Positions 35,413-47,702 of a DNA stretch of 64,000 bases are shown here, in pieces. Source of the DNA: Mayamaea pseudoterrestris. Lineage: Eukaryota. The stretch lies in NCBI GenBank assembly GCA_027923505.1, contig BROI01000010.1, positions 868,001 to 932,000 of the forward strand, in the 5' to 3' direction. Under the pieces are notes generated by a model. It saw only the letters and a list, made by a program, of their open reading frames with translations. It was not told where the DNA came from and ran no database searches. Position numbers and translations under genes: made by a program. How positions within the stretch are numbered: the stretch's first letter is position 1; every line of letters starts with the position of its first letter.

Positions 35413-35823
35413 ATGACGACGCAAGCCGTTCGAAAGGTCTATCGTGAGCTACTCCGGCACGCTCAACACTCCAAAAACAATACATCATCGTTAACTGAAC
35501 TAAGGACAAAATTTCGAACGCCAGTTACTACTGACGATACGCTGGAAGACCGCTTGAAACAGGCCGAGTCACGCTTGGCCTTTCTCCGAATGACATCGGG
35601 TCGACGACGAAAAGTCAATAGCAGCAGTAATAACACTGGCAAGTGGATTTACAAGGACGGGGAGCGATTGGAAAATGTAAATGGAACGCTCCGAGATGGA
35701 CAGGGCCGCGTCGTGAGTAACTGGAGTGGAAGCAACTTGGATCCTGAAAGTATGACGACGCACCGAAAGCAACTTAACCGCATGGGATTTAAGAATAATG
35801 CGCATGCCAAGGGGTTCTTTTAA
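35413..35823 (+). CDS. LYR-motif (Complex1_LYR-like) small mitochondrial protein
   Basis: VRKVYRELLRHA..ELRTKFR..AESRLAFLRM pattern. Confidence 0.6.
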   Translation: MTTQAVRKVYRELLRHAQHSKNNTSSLTELRTKFRTPVTTDDTLEDRLKQAESRLAFLRMTSGRRRKVNSSSNNTGKWIYKDGERLENVNGTLRDGQGRVVSNWSGSNLDPESMTTHRKQLNRMGFKNNAHAKGFF

Positions 35824-35921
35824 TAAGTCGCAAAATTAAAGTGATGTATTCCAATTTATAACGACAACTTTTAACTAACGCAATAAACTTGAGCAAACAG
35901 CAGCGACATGCATGCGACAAA

Positions 35922-38095
35922 TCAGGGTCGACTACCAGTTGTAGCTTCATCAGTACCATCATTCGCCGCTGGACCAAAGATGCGCGTCCTCATGTGACGA
36001 AGCCTTTCACCAATACGACGTTTTGCCTTGTTGCCAAACCTTCGGCTCTCCGACTCGATGATAACGGGAATGGCAACGAGCGAAATCTTTACCGAAGGAT
36101 CCAGCGCCAAGGCGATGCCTTCCTCCACTTTGACGGCCAAGGCTGCCGAAATAAACGACGGGTTCATCATAACATGATGTTCGGCGGCTGCGCTACAAAT
36201 GTAGCTCTGTTAGAATGTATGCATGCATATGAGTCAAAGAAGAAAGAGGCGTCGGTGGATGAAGTTAGTAATCATGGAACATTGCTGCCTTTTTATCATT
36301 CGTTAAAGCCATGCGTTCACACATCAATACATGCACCATTCCAAGCACTCTTTTCGACTCACGATATATGTTCCAAGATGTTCCATCAGATAGTCCGGCG
36401 ACGAGGCTTGAACGGTCAACCATTCAATCTTGTCAATGAATCTTTCCTCGTCCAGCGCGCGATCACCCGACTGGCTCTGCCACAACCGCTGGTTGGAATC
36501 GTCAATCATGAGACGACCCGCCTTGCGGCCTTGCTTGCGAACAAAGGCGGCAAGTATATCGACAATCGTTTGATGGTCGTGGTCGTTGTACTCGGCGACA
36601 ATGCCAACGTCATACAAGACAAACTTTGGCTTCGGACCTAACGTTGTATTGATAGCAACGTTACCTAAAAGCAAATTAGAGGTAGACGTGTCAGCACATA
36701 CGAATAAAAATATTGCATCACCCCCAAATTTGCTAGTCTCTGGCGCATCGTTTATGCCACCCAAATGTGTAGCGTCCGCGAAAGTATAAACACTTCCAAT
36801 ATCCACTGCATGCTCTTTTTACCTCCGTGCAAATCACCGTGCATCATATTATCTAGAAATATCATTTTGCAGACAGCCCGAATTGCCGTCGTGCAAAGGG
36901 TGGTAAGTTGCGCCTGGTTGTGGGCGTTTTTCCGTGCGTACTCCAAGACGGGAACGCCTTCAACGAACGTTTCCACAAGCACATCCTTGGTAGCAGCATA
37001 CCCAGAAACTAGTTTGGGAAAGATGATATCGTCCTGGTTTGCAAAATTCTGATTGAACCTTTCCAAGTTTGCCGCCTCGGTGCGTAAGTCAAGCTGAAGT
37101 TTCAACAAGTCGGCAAACTCTTCGACTACGCCCTCCAGATTCAACCACTTCAAGTTCGAAAAGACGTCAAAAGGAAGCCACCTCGCCACGCGCACTGCAG
37201 CTCGCATCAAGTCCAAGTCAGCTTCCATGTCTGGCTCAGCGTTGGGATGCAGTACCTTGACGGCAACTGGTTTATTATTCTTGGCCGGAAGATATCCCTT
37301 GTAGACTTGTCCAATGCAGCCAGATCCAAGTATGTCACCAAGAGTTATTTTGCTCTCCCAATCGTCTCCAAAAGCTTGCTTCAAAACCTTTACTGTATGG
37401 GATTTGTGGTGCGGCGTCGTATGATCCTGCAATGCCGAAAAGACGGTGCAAAAGTCGTGCCCAAACAAGTCAGGTCTTGATCCAGCCCACTGCATGAGCT
37501 TAATAACAGCCGCTCCACTGTACTCAACGCACGATAGACAAAGTCTCAAGTACCAGCCTATGAATCCTTGTGCATGTTGCTTTTGAAGGTCTTGGGCGAG
37601 AAGAATTTCGTGCGCATCTAAATGTTCACACTCGTCGTTGGTGCTCGACTGCATCATGCGAGCAAGTGGATACAATATTGCCACGGGAGCAAGCGTTAAA
37701 CTGAGCTGAACAATTCGTTTCATCGCTCTCCAGTAGCGAATAATTGCCTTGCGAAGACGCTCCCACTTGCTCGCGTCAATGTGAAACGTTGGGGTTGAGA
37801 TTGAAGGTTGCTTCTGGCGCGTCGGATACGAAACAATGGCATGCTGCTCGCATCGAGTCGTTCTAATTAATTCATGACCGAAAGAAGCAACTGAATAGAC
37901 ACTCTCAATAGCAAGAGGAGCAATCCAAATATTATAGGAAGATGAAGATGATCGAACAGATGCTTGTGATGAAGATTCTCTGGTGGAGATACGTAGCGAG
38001 TTTGACGTAAGTGTTCGCCGACGTGCCGTACTCTGTCCCAAGCAGCCATTGTATCTTTTACTACAAGAATGGCGAATTAAACAAGCCACCGACAT
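35922..38095 (-). CDS. ABC1/UbiB (ADCK2-like) atypical kinase; exons 38095-36823, 36664-36363, 36206-35922
   Basis: IKLMQWAGSRPDLF, LGSGCIGQVYKG, VAVKVLHP, QLDLRTEAANL, FLDNMMHGDLHGGN (across an intron), YDVGIV, VEEGIALALDP. Confidence 0.9.
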
Positions 38096-38351
38096 GCTGC
38101 TGCTCTGTGAGAAGTGATAAACGTGGTTCCAACCAAATCGCTACAAGCTCGCAAGTGTCTCGTGCTTGTCGCCCATGGTCGAATTGGTCGTCCATTGCAA
38201 TCGTGAAAAGGGTTCCGACGAGTACTCTCTACCATGTAGTGACGTGGACGCACGAACACAATGACGTTAATGCGATCTTACAATGTCGAAATTGACAGTA
38301 ACTACTGCGACTATGATGCCCCATACAAGAAGTGCATAGCTAAGGCTTGTC

Positions 38352-39976
38352 CTAGGCTTCTATTGAATGACGAGTCTTGACGAACACACCAACAAGCGAG
38401 GCAATCTGTAGACGCTCGTCCGTTCCATACGCCAGCCGATGCTCAACGTTACTCATACCGTCCAGGAGCATGGCGAGAGGAATCGAGTCCATGTCGAGGC
38501 TCGTCAATCGCTCCGTCAAATCCGTCAAAACGTCTACCAGCGCATAGCCCTTGAGCGTGCACATGGTAGTAATATCATCGCATGCCGCTTTGAAGTCTCC
38601 ATTCATCAAAAGGTTAAAAATTGTTTCAATGTCAGCTGGCAAAGGCGCACCCGACGTGAGATAAACTTGCGCCTCGTCAATGACATCGGCCGACATGGCT
38701 GTTGACTGTAATAGATTAAGGACCCGACGCATGTCTCCTCCACTCAGCGACAATATAGCATTGATTCCGTCTGGAGTCGTCTGGCAATGTTCCGCCGCTG
38801 CAATCTCCTCCAACCGTCCTTGAATATGGTCGCGCGCAAGTGGAGCGAACCTAAAGCGGGTGCAGCGACTCTGAAGGGCTGGAATGATTTTGGAAACGTA
38901 GTTGCAAATCATGCAAAAGCGAGTATTTTTGGTGTACTTTTCAATTATGCGACGGAGGGCGAACTGCGCATCGTTCGTCATTGCCTGTCGAAAGTGACGA
39001 GTGATGCATGGTGAGCAAGGAATTGCCAATTTATTGTAGACACACCATAATGTACAACTAGTGTGCGCTTACATCAGCCTCGTCGAGAATAATGAGCTTG
39101 ATTCCACTGCTAAACAGCTGCTTTGTCGCGGCGAACTCTTTGATTTCGTTACGAACGACCTGGCGAAAAGTTGGGAGGCGCGAGTGAGAAAGCAGTGTTA
39201 GTCGACAAGTGTAGGCATGCAACTCTATTGTCCGGTTTCGTCTGTTTCTTTCAACAGTACATACATCAATACCTCGAGCATCCGAAGCATTGAGCTCCAA
39301 CGTCATGGACTTGTACGCCTTGATTCCGTACATTCGCTTAGCGGCAGCAACAATGGTGGACGTCTTTCCTGCAAATGTGACACAGCAAGAGGCTTGAGTA
39401 AGTAACCTTTATGGCGAATGAAGTTATCATCCAAAGATCAGAACGAGCATCAAACGCACCTGTACCCGGCGGACCGTACCTGTAAATATAAACAAGATTA
39501 TGAATGGCAAGGGATGAAAGACACTGATTCGCATGGGCGCATTGAACGACGAGCGACGTTTACAAATCTCTTGCTCTTCCATAGACGAAACATGAAACAA
39601 TTTAACCAGAAAAAGCGTCAATCTTGCTTTCAATTGGCGCATTTTGAAACTTACAAAAGTAGATGAGGAAGATTGTCGCTGTCAATGAGGCTTGTCAAAA
39701 TGGAAACAATGTCGTCTTGTGCTACCAAATCTTCAAGCCTGCATTTGTTAAGAATATAAGACGCAAAAATGAACCATCAGTCAGTCAATATTCAAATACA
39801 AGTCAATTCATTCATTTACAGCATCGCTCGTATCATGAAACTCACTTTTCCGGTCGATACTTTTCAACCCATGGCAAGTTGGATCGATTGTCGCTTCCTG
39901 GATTCTTCGACGTGACAATCGGATCAACATCCATGGGAACTACTGTTTTGTCGTTACTTGTAACTGCTTCTGACAT
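38352..39976 (-). CDS. RFC5: Replication factor C small subunit (human RFC5 / yeast Rfc3 type); exons 39976-39846, 39738-39655, 39479-39460, 39368-39265, 39159-39073, 38984-38352
   Basis: Spliced product NLPWVEKYRP..NLPHLLLYGPPGTGKTSTI..LELNASDARGIDVVR..KLIILDEADAMTNDAQFALRRIIEKYT..IIPALQSRCTRFRF. All five introns are GT-AG and in frame. Confidence 0.92.
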
Positions 39977-40411
39977 AACTTGTACGAAGAATCTCGAATG
40001 ATGGTTACAGTGATGTAGGCGACTTGCTTAGTCTTTGATCTACCTTGGGCAGGGCCAGATTTCGTCATGGTGACGAAAGGCGCGGCGGCGCGCATTGGTG
40101 GAAGGAAGCGTGTCGCATCAGTCGTGATGCGACAAAGGCTACTTGGCAACACCCAACACAATGAGTTTTAAAAGTCGTTGCATCGTCCGGTCGCAGGGCT
40201 GCATCTTTGCTGCGATTTTGCCAATTTATAGTCTTCCTTCTATTTCTGCCACACCAGCAGAGGCTAATTCAATCCCAAGCTTCAACAGACAAGTTTTGCA
40301 CTTTTATCATTTGAGATTACCCATCGGCCCATTATGGCCTGATTCTCGTCTCACTATTACCCTAATTTCCATCTACAGTAGCTGCATAGGCGGTAGCCAA
40401 GGAAATTATAT

Positions 40412-42070
40412 TTATATCAGCGGAGAACTAGATGACCGCTCAGTATCATCCAATGCAAGACTCGTTCGCACTTCGCATCGTCCTCGCTTTGAGTTGGCTT
40501 CTGGCGGAAGCAAATGGGCGCAGTAAACGGCCACCAGGTACAAGCCAGCCGCTACAATAAACATGCTTCCTGGACCAAGAAAAGCTCCATCCTTGGTGTA
40601 ATGATAGACGAATCGAAGAGTCACAGGTCCGAGTGCCGATGCTAGCGCAGATAGCGAATACAAAGCCCCTTGGATGCGTCCCTGTTCAGATGCTTCAACA
40701 TTGTTTGCCTTGATAGCGGAAATAGTGGGAAACGACATGGCGCCAAAAGAGCTAATGGCCACGGCAACAAAAATGGCAGCCTTGGTTTTGGCAAGTCCGT
40801 AAATGACATTGTGGAGCGACCCGAGGCAAAAGCACAAGGTGACAATGTGCCGCTCTCCAATGAGGTCGTTCATCACCTTCAACACTACTCCCTGCACAAA
40901 AATGCCGAGAATGCCCATGATAAAGAACATGAGCGCAACGTCCTTGTCGTTGAACCCTAGTCGCTCTTCAATATAATAAATGAGCAAAGTTCGGTCGCCA
41001 CTCGAAACTAAACCACTGAAAAAGGCGAGGGCGCTAAGCAAACGAAACAATCGATTTCGGTTCAAAATACTCAGCTCGTAGACGGGTCGTCGAATTGCCC
41101 ACCAAACCTTCTGATTATTTGTTAAACCATCCACCATGTCTCGGCGTATCTGTCGAGCATCAGCAGCTTGAACAGGTGACAGCGTTTCTGGGAAGTAAAC
41201 GACCGTAATCACGAATCCAATTGAAACTAACACGAGTGCCAGCATGGACGTTCGCAAGTGACCTAGCACCATGGCTAGGGTTGGCGCCAAGGCAAATCCC
41301 AAAGAGAATCCAGCAATCAATAGTCCAAAGCTTGGAGCTCTCCACTTTTGAGGCATGACATCTGATAGGGACGATAATGCAACCGTGATCCAGTTAACCA
41401 AGCCCGTGGCCACGCCAGCTGCGTAGTACCAATTGGGACTCACCGACGCATCAAGCTGTATCCAGACGAGCGTCAGAGGCGAGAAAAGTGACAAGAAGAC
41501 TCCGAATACTAGAATTCCTTTGCGACCATATTCGTCACTCAATGATCCAATCAAGGAGCTTGAGAGAAACGTAATACCATTCCCGATAAGTTGCTCCATG
41601 GAAACAGCATTTTGAGCGTCGGCTGACCCTTGCAGACAAGCCAGTGGCTTTTCGTCTGATGCATAGTCGGCGCAGGAGACATCCCCATCGTAACCATCTA
41701 TATATGAATGAATCAGTGAATGAGAAAGGGACTGGCTCTCTACAAGGGTGCTGACACGGCAGACTGCATCGTGAGTCATACGACCGAAAATCATCAACTT
41801 ACAATGCAACCTCGCATATCGATCCGACATGACTGCAGGAACGACTCCAATGGTGGATCCAAATCCAAGCGCCAAGAGCATACAAAGCATGAGTATCTGC
41901 GGAGGTCCTTTGGATTTGACAAAGTCTCTCAGAAAGGATTCACTCACGTCACTCTCCAAAGGTTCCATTTCAGGAAGCTGATCAACGGATATTCTGGCAT
42001 GGTGAAGCTTTGCTTCGTCGTTGAACAATTCATCAGACTCATTGCAATGTTTGTGCAAGGGCGGTGGCAT
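40412..42070 (-). CDS. MFS transporter (TetA/DHA1, MFSD14/HIAT1-like); exons 42070-41803, 41697-40412
   Basis: About 12 TM helices, motif A IGSLSDEYGRK, EQGRIQGALYSLSALASALGP. In-frame 105-nt GTAAGT..TAG intron at 41698-41802. Confidence 0.88.
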   Translation of the reverse strand: MPPPLHKHCNESDELFNDEAKLHHARISVDQLPEMEPLESDVSESFLRDFVKSKGPPQILMLCMLLALGFGSTIGVVPAVMSDRYARLHCKLMIFGRMTHDAVCRVSTLVESQSLSHSLIHSYIDGYDGDVSCADYASDEKPLACLQGSADAQNAVSMEQLIGNGITFLSSSLIGSLSDEYGRKGILVFGVFLSLFSPLTLVWIQLDASVSPNWYYAAGVATGLVNWITVALSSLSDVMPQKWRAPSFGLLIAGFSLGFALAPTLAMVLGHLRTSMLALVLVSIGFVITVVYFPETLSPVQAADARQIRRDMVDGLTNNQKVWWAIRRPVYELSILNRNRLFRLLSALAFFSGLVSSGDRTLLIYYIEERLGFNDKDVALMFFIMGILGIFVQGVVLKVMNDLIGERHIVTLCFCLGSLHNVIYGLAKTKAAIFVAVAISSFGAMSFPTISAIKANNVEASEQGRIQGALYSLSALASALGPVTLRFVYHYTKDGAFLGPGSMFIVAAGLYLVAVYCAHLLPPEANSKRGRCEVRTSLALDDTERSSSSPLI

Positions 42071-42485
42071 GATCTATAATTTAGTCAGCGCGTGATTGTC
42101 GAGAGCGAGAGGGACGACGTGCGACGTGGTGGTTAATGCGTCAATGCAATGCGACAAGCTTCAAGTGCAAGCTCGTCCTTCGTCGCTGGGCGTTCACTGT
42201 TTTGTAAATTGAGTTACAGTATTCTTCTGTCTGTTCAACAATCTTACCAGCTTTGCTACAAGTACAGTATGTATGCTTCGAATCACATCGAACAAGATGG
42301 TGGAAGCCGGACTGATTCATCCGACGCGAATTCCCATCCGTATCGCAGCCTTGAGAACCAGTCAGACAAACAGTTGAAGCCAGTCGGACATAGCTGCATA
42401 ACCAGTCGGACTTTAACTGCAGTCGAAGATCCATCCATTCCACAATTCCGGCAGCGCACTTCGACCTGCCTTGCTCATTGTCAGC

Positions 42486-43524
42486 ATGAACTTGTTTAGC
42501 TCCTCCGTAAAAGTCCTGCGCAGAGTTGGATGGACTGCTGCCCAAGCGAATTCTCCGATCCGGCACCCTCGGTTCATTTCATCGACGAGAATACTTTTGG
42601 AAAAGAAGACGATTGTTGTTCCATCCATGGGAGACTCCATTACAGAGGTAACTGATAATGATTTTTCATGTATCGTATAAAGGTTTTGACGTTATTGGTA
42701 GTGCCTGACAAGCAGCTGGCAGCATGCTGCATACGGTTCGAGTAATACCAGGTGTTACGGACAAACACTACGTCTCACCATTGCCATTGTTGCGTCTTGC
42801 TCAGGGAACCATTGTCGAATGGACCGTACAAGTCGGACAGGCTGTCAAAACCGATGACGTTGTCGCGCTCGTTGAAACAGACAAGGTTACAGTTGAAATC
42901 AAAGCGCAAGTTGATGGAGTTTTGACGCAGCAGTTTGGGGCAGTGTACGTATTACTCGAACTATCTTGTTATTTACATAATACTTTATCAGCCGACAGAT
43001 CAGATTTGACCCATATTTGATGCCAATCATGCAGGGACGAGACGATAGAAGTTGGTGGCCCGCTTTATGAGGTTGAAACCGAAGGATTGGCCTCGGCCTC
43101 GGATGCCGCTTCTAAAGACACATTGGCGGCGGCTCCTGCAAAATCGCCTACCAAGGAGCCAGCATCTGCTGACAATGCAGCATCCAATGATTTGACGGCG
43201 CCCAGTGCATCCACTTCAAAGGATAACATTGCAATTACGACGGAGTCAAGCTCGTCATTGGCCTCGCGCGAACCGTCCATTCATTTCCTAGGAAAAGATG
43301 GATGGGCCGTTCGCAAGGCTGGTGTCGAGGAGCAAGCTTCTTTGGCTCAACAACAAGCAGCTGCTGCTAATACTGGTCCAGGCAAGCCACATGGCGTTAC
43401 GGTCATTCAGGATGATAAGGTGTGTCATCCAATGTATGGACGACCGCCATTTACCGACGAAGAAATGGAAGCGTTGCTTTGGGGTGGAGCCAATTTGGTT
43501 ACGGACTGGAAGATTAAGAATTGA
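42486..43524 (+). CDS. Mitochondrial lipoyl-domain protein fused to a Kgd4/MRPS36-like module; exons 42486-42647, 42805-42944, 43035-43524 (263 aa)
   Basis: Arg/Ser-rich presequence; E2o-type lipoyl domain VPSMGDSITEGTIVEW..VETDKVTVEI..VGGPLYEV; Ala/Pro/Ser linker; REPSIHFLG and GRPPFTDEEMEALLWGGA. Confidence 0.8.
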
Positions 43525-44357
43525 AATAGTATTCATTATCAGTCTACCTTTGGAATAGCATGTTGGAGGTGCACATGCCATCAGTCTATTAATGCGCCAA
43601 CGTGCTTGACAACGCCCCATGCCCCACTGACGAGACCGTTCACATCGCGCATCGCTCCCGGTGCATCTAGCGCGATGCGTCAATTGCGTGTTATGCCCGC
43701 GCCGCTCATTCACATGCTGGTGTAGACGACTGTCTCGTTGGTGTTCCTCCAACGCAGCTCCTCGCTAACGAGTTATTATGTTATACCTCGAGAGTCCATG
43801 GTCCATGAGTGCGTTGTCCATTTGTGTACTACTTCCACCACAGTGGGAGTAACCGAAGCACAGCCGTTGAGTATGCATACTTACTACTGCCAGGCATATA
43901 TAACTGAAAGTTTGTGTTGAAAGGACCTTCTATGTATTCTTAAGGGGCAATAATAATTTGTGCCGCCTATTTCGCCTGTGACGCCGTTGGACGAAGGTGC
44001 CCCGCCGCCAAAACTCGCTTGATCCGACCCAACAAACGCTCTCACACAATCGTTGGGCCTTGCACACTTTGCCTCTCAAGTCAGAGCAAGGGTGCGCTAT
44101 TGCTCGGAGCAAAAGACAAAGAAAAGAGTTCTATTAATCAGGACTGGGCAGGTATGAGCGCTACAGTTGATCCCGAGAGAAGGTGCAGTATTGTTGCATG
44201 CTGCACCTCGCACCTCGTAGGCTTGCTTCTTGCTTGATTACAATTTGTCGCTCCTCGTTGTATTCTAAATTGTGAGCGTCGCTTCCTCGTTGAACCTCTA
44301 TTCATCTCATACTTCTGTTTGTTTCAGCTTCTTTTTCTAGTGATCAGTGCATACATA

Positions 44358-47300
44358 ATGAGAGCATCTTCTTTACACTTCGAGGATCGACATCCGAGAG
44401 GTGAACGTGCTGGTCTTGCTCGCAGCGGTTCGAGGGAAGAGGGATACGGCAGCAACCTTCATGACCGTGGTGGTCACCATCAATACATGCAGCAGCAACA
44501 GCCTCAGTATGGATATGAGCGGCCGGCCAAGAAGTCGTTTGCCTCGTCGCCACAGCAGCAGCCACGAAACCAATACCCCTCACAGTCAAGCTATCCACAT
44601 CCACCGCCACAGTATCCTCGTCACATGTCGTCGCCCAGGACTTCTCGAGGACTACAAGCTGTCGTAACTTCCTCCTTTAGCGAGGAGGAAACCATGCGCC
44701 ACAGAATGTTGTCTTCTGAAGAACATTACGAGACGCGCGAACGTGTTCATGAAATGGAACGAGAAAGTCATGATGAACGCGAGGAAGCCTATTATCACGA
44801 GTACAATGATGGATCAATGAGCACACAGAACCACCCTCATGCGTCCCCAGCGAGTCGTCAGCAGCAATACATTCAAAAGTCGTACTCCGCGGGCTACCAG
44901 AGCAAGGACGGGCCGCTCAAGCGAAGCTACTATCATCATTCGCATTTGAGTGAAGGTCCGTCAACAGCCGCAGTGATCGGCCAACTGCCTGCTGACTTTA
45001 TGCCTCCAGCACTACCACCCAAGCGGATCAAGATAAGCGGTGGGTCAGCAAATAGGGGCGAAATCATTGTCACGCCACGAACGCACCATCATCCGGAGTG
45101 GTATGCGCCTCAAGGATCATGGGAAGCCGAGCAAGATGCGTATTCCAACCTGAATCGACGAAACTCGCGATCATTTCCGCCGCAGCAGCAACCAGCATGG
45201 GCGTATCAGCAGCACACTCCGATGCGGCATCTTCGTGAACACGAATTGGAAAATGTTGTCGTCAGGCCGAAAATGTCGCAGCCTGTGGACGAGAGCGAGG
45301 AGCACCGGTCCTCAGCCTGGCAACCGATGGCTTCACCGCCGCCACAGCAGTGGGACGGTGCCTCGTCAAGAGTTTCGTTGCTGTCGCCACCAGTGTCTAC
45401 ATCAGCGCAAGGCTATCGCTACTGGGAAACAAGACAGGAACAAGCCTTGGATCATTCTCCGCGTGGGACTTTCGAGACACATCATCATCATCATTCGCAG
45501 GAGCATCTGCAACCACCACAGTATTACAACCCGAGTCGGCAGAGAGGTTTGAAAGACAAGATGCAGCTCGTCGTGGATGCAGCCGCCGCCACTGGGGACC
45601 ATATTCCAAGCGAGAATCGTGATGGCTTGTTTCTCCTCGCACTTCCACAGGATCGCGTCTCGTTGAGTGAAACACTTTGCGTCGTCCGAGAGGTACGTGT
45701 GACTGTTTGATAGGGTATTTGATCGTCGCGTGATATGTGACCAAACTAACATTGATTGATACGATGTAAAACAGAACATAGAAGTGTTTACAGCCTCGCA
45801 GGCAGATGTTGACGCCCCAGCGCCAGGCCGCAAGCATGCCGTTGTAGTCGGTCAGGTCGGCCTTCGCTGCATTCATTGCCGTTACACGACCAAATGCAGC
45901 GATCGGGTCAAGCGAGCTGTTTGCTACCCATCATCTATAAAGCGTATCTACCGCACAGTAATCGATATGAAGCTCGACCATTTCTCGCAATGCAAGTTCG
46001 TACCGGAAACTCTCAAATTTAAGCTCCAACAGTTAAAGTCTGTGCAGACGAGAAGTACTGGCACCACGATGCAATACTTTATTCGGGCTGCGCTCGCGCT
46101 GGGAATGGAGGACAGCTCGAATGGTGTGCGACTTGCCCATGGTATTAGCACTACTGACGATACCGATACGAAGAGCTCGCTCGGTTTAAGCTCGCCACAA
46201 ACAGACACCAACGGCCTGTCCCCGAGTTTAATCATTCACCGTACTGACTCAATTGGTTCCAGCCCTTCGGATGCGTCCAAGGCAAACGATTCTATGATGT
46301 CCGTGGAAAGCTTTGACAGCAACGGATGTCCTGACAGCATTGTTTCACTCGACAAATATTATGACGGCTGTGTTCCCCTATCGCTCCCAGAGGATCACAA
46401 TAACCTTAGTCCGTTGCGATGCTTCCTTCGTCAGCAGGTCTGCGCCTTCTCTGCGACAGAAGAGGACATTGCGGTCCGAGTCCCGACAACATTTTCCATA
46501 GCAGTTGGCCAAACTGGCATTGGCTGCATCCACTGTGTGCGATGTCCGCCAAAGCAACGGTCAAATCGAGCCGTCTGCTTCCCTTTCTCCATTGGTCGCA
46601 TCTACCAGTCTGTTGCGGACATTCAGCGCTTCCATTTCACTGAGTGCCGAAATCTCCCAAGTGATGTCAAGGAGAAATTTCTGGAACTCCAAAGTGCAAG
46701 TTCCAAGGGATCTAAAGGGCTTGCCACTCGTCAGTATTGGGTGGCATCGGCCCACAAGATTGGACTCGTTGATACAAGCCGAGGAATTCGGTTTGGCAGA
46801 GATCCATTGAAGCCGGAAGAGACTAAGGCGTTCTCGCTCGATATTCTAGCTCAGGCAGCCTTTTGTGTAACTACTGCTGACAAACCCATTGTGATCCCGG
46901 AAGACAAAGAAGCAATTGCAGAGTTCCTCTATGTTGTCATGGAGCAGTTGCAGCCCTGCCAATTCACCGAAGCTGACCGTAACAAGCGCCGCCTTAAAGA
47001 AGTTGGATGCACCGGAGTCGAATGCAAGCATTGTGCTGGTCAGGTGGACAGCCGAAAATTTTTTTGGTCGAGCGTGAGCGCTGTCGAGTCGAACTTTGTG
47101 TCCGTGCACACACATATGCTCGAATGTCGCATGGTTCCGGATAGCTTGAAGCAAAAACTAATTCATTTAAAATCATTACGAAAGGAGCAGACAGTTGCTT
47201 TGAAAACCGGTTCGCAAAAGGCTTTCTTCGCTCGGGTTTGGCAAAGACTTCACGATGACGACAACAGTTATCATCATGTCTTCGAGGGGGACGCATCACC

Positions 47301-47415
47301 TTCAACGTCAAAGACATCACATGCGGAGGAGGAAGACCGCGATGATGCTCCCTCTCGTGAAAATAAGGAGTTGGAGGAAATAGAAGAATACTGTGAGAAC
47401 GTAGTGGGCGTATAA
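44358..47415 (+). CDS. Diatom-type protein with Q/H/P-rich N-terminus and three Cys/His repeat domains (putative Zn-binding, possibly nuclear regulator); exons 44358-45692, 45775-47415
   Basis: Repeats GQVGLRCIHC..RAVCYP..HFSQC, GQTGIGCIHC..RAVCFP..HFTEC and GCTGVECKHC..HMLEC. Intron 45693-45774 (GTACGT..CTAAC..CAG) is in frame. Confidence 0.8.
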
Positions 47416-47702
47416 TTTCTATTCTTGAGCCTGCTTGAGTCGCTTTTCCTGCTCAAGCAAGGCGGCATAATTTCTAATATACATTAAAATGTCTGCGGGA
47501 GTTTGTAAAGCTTTTTTTATACATACTGGGCCATTAGTAAATGGCTAATGAGTAGTCAACAACGATTCAGCTGCTTGTATCGCTCATCACCACCATCCGC
47601 GGTACTTTCACGAGACGTTTCGGTCGAAGTGTTCATGCCGTCAGCGTCAATACTTTCCGTCCGGCTAAAAATAGCTCAATCTTGCTCTTTATGAGGCTTT
47701 GG

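Noticed and set aside
35889..36641. 250-aa plus-strand ORF and many other antisense ORFs in the track
   Set aside because: They overlap well-supported spliced genes on the opposite strand and show no motifs; shadow ORFs.
40076..40098. E2F site upstream of RFC5 (AAAGGCGCGG)
   Set aside because: It does not match the TTTSSCGC consensus in either orientation.
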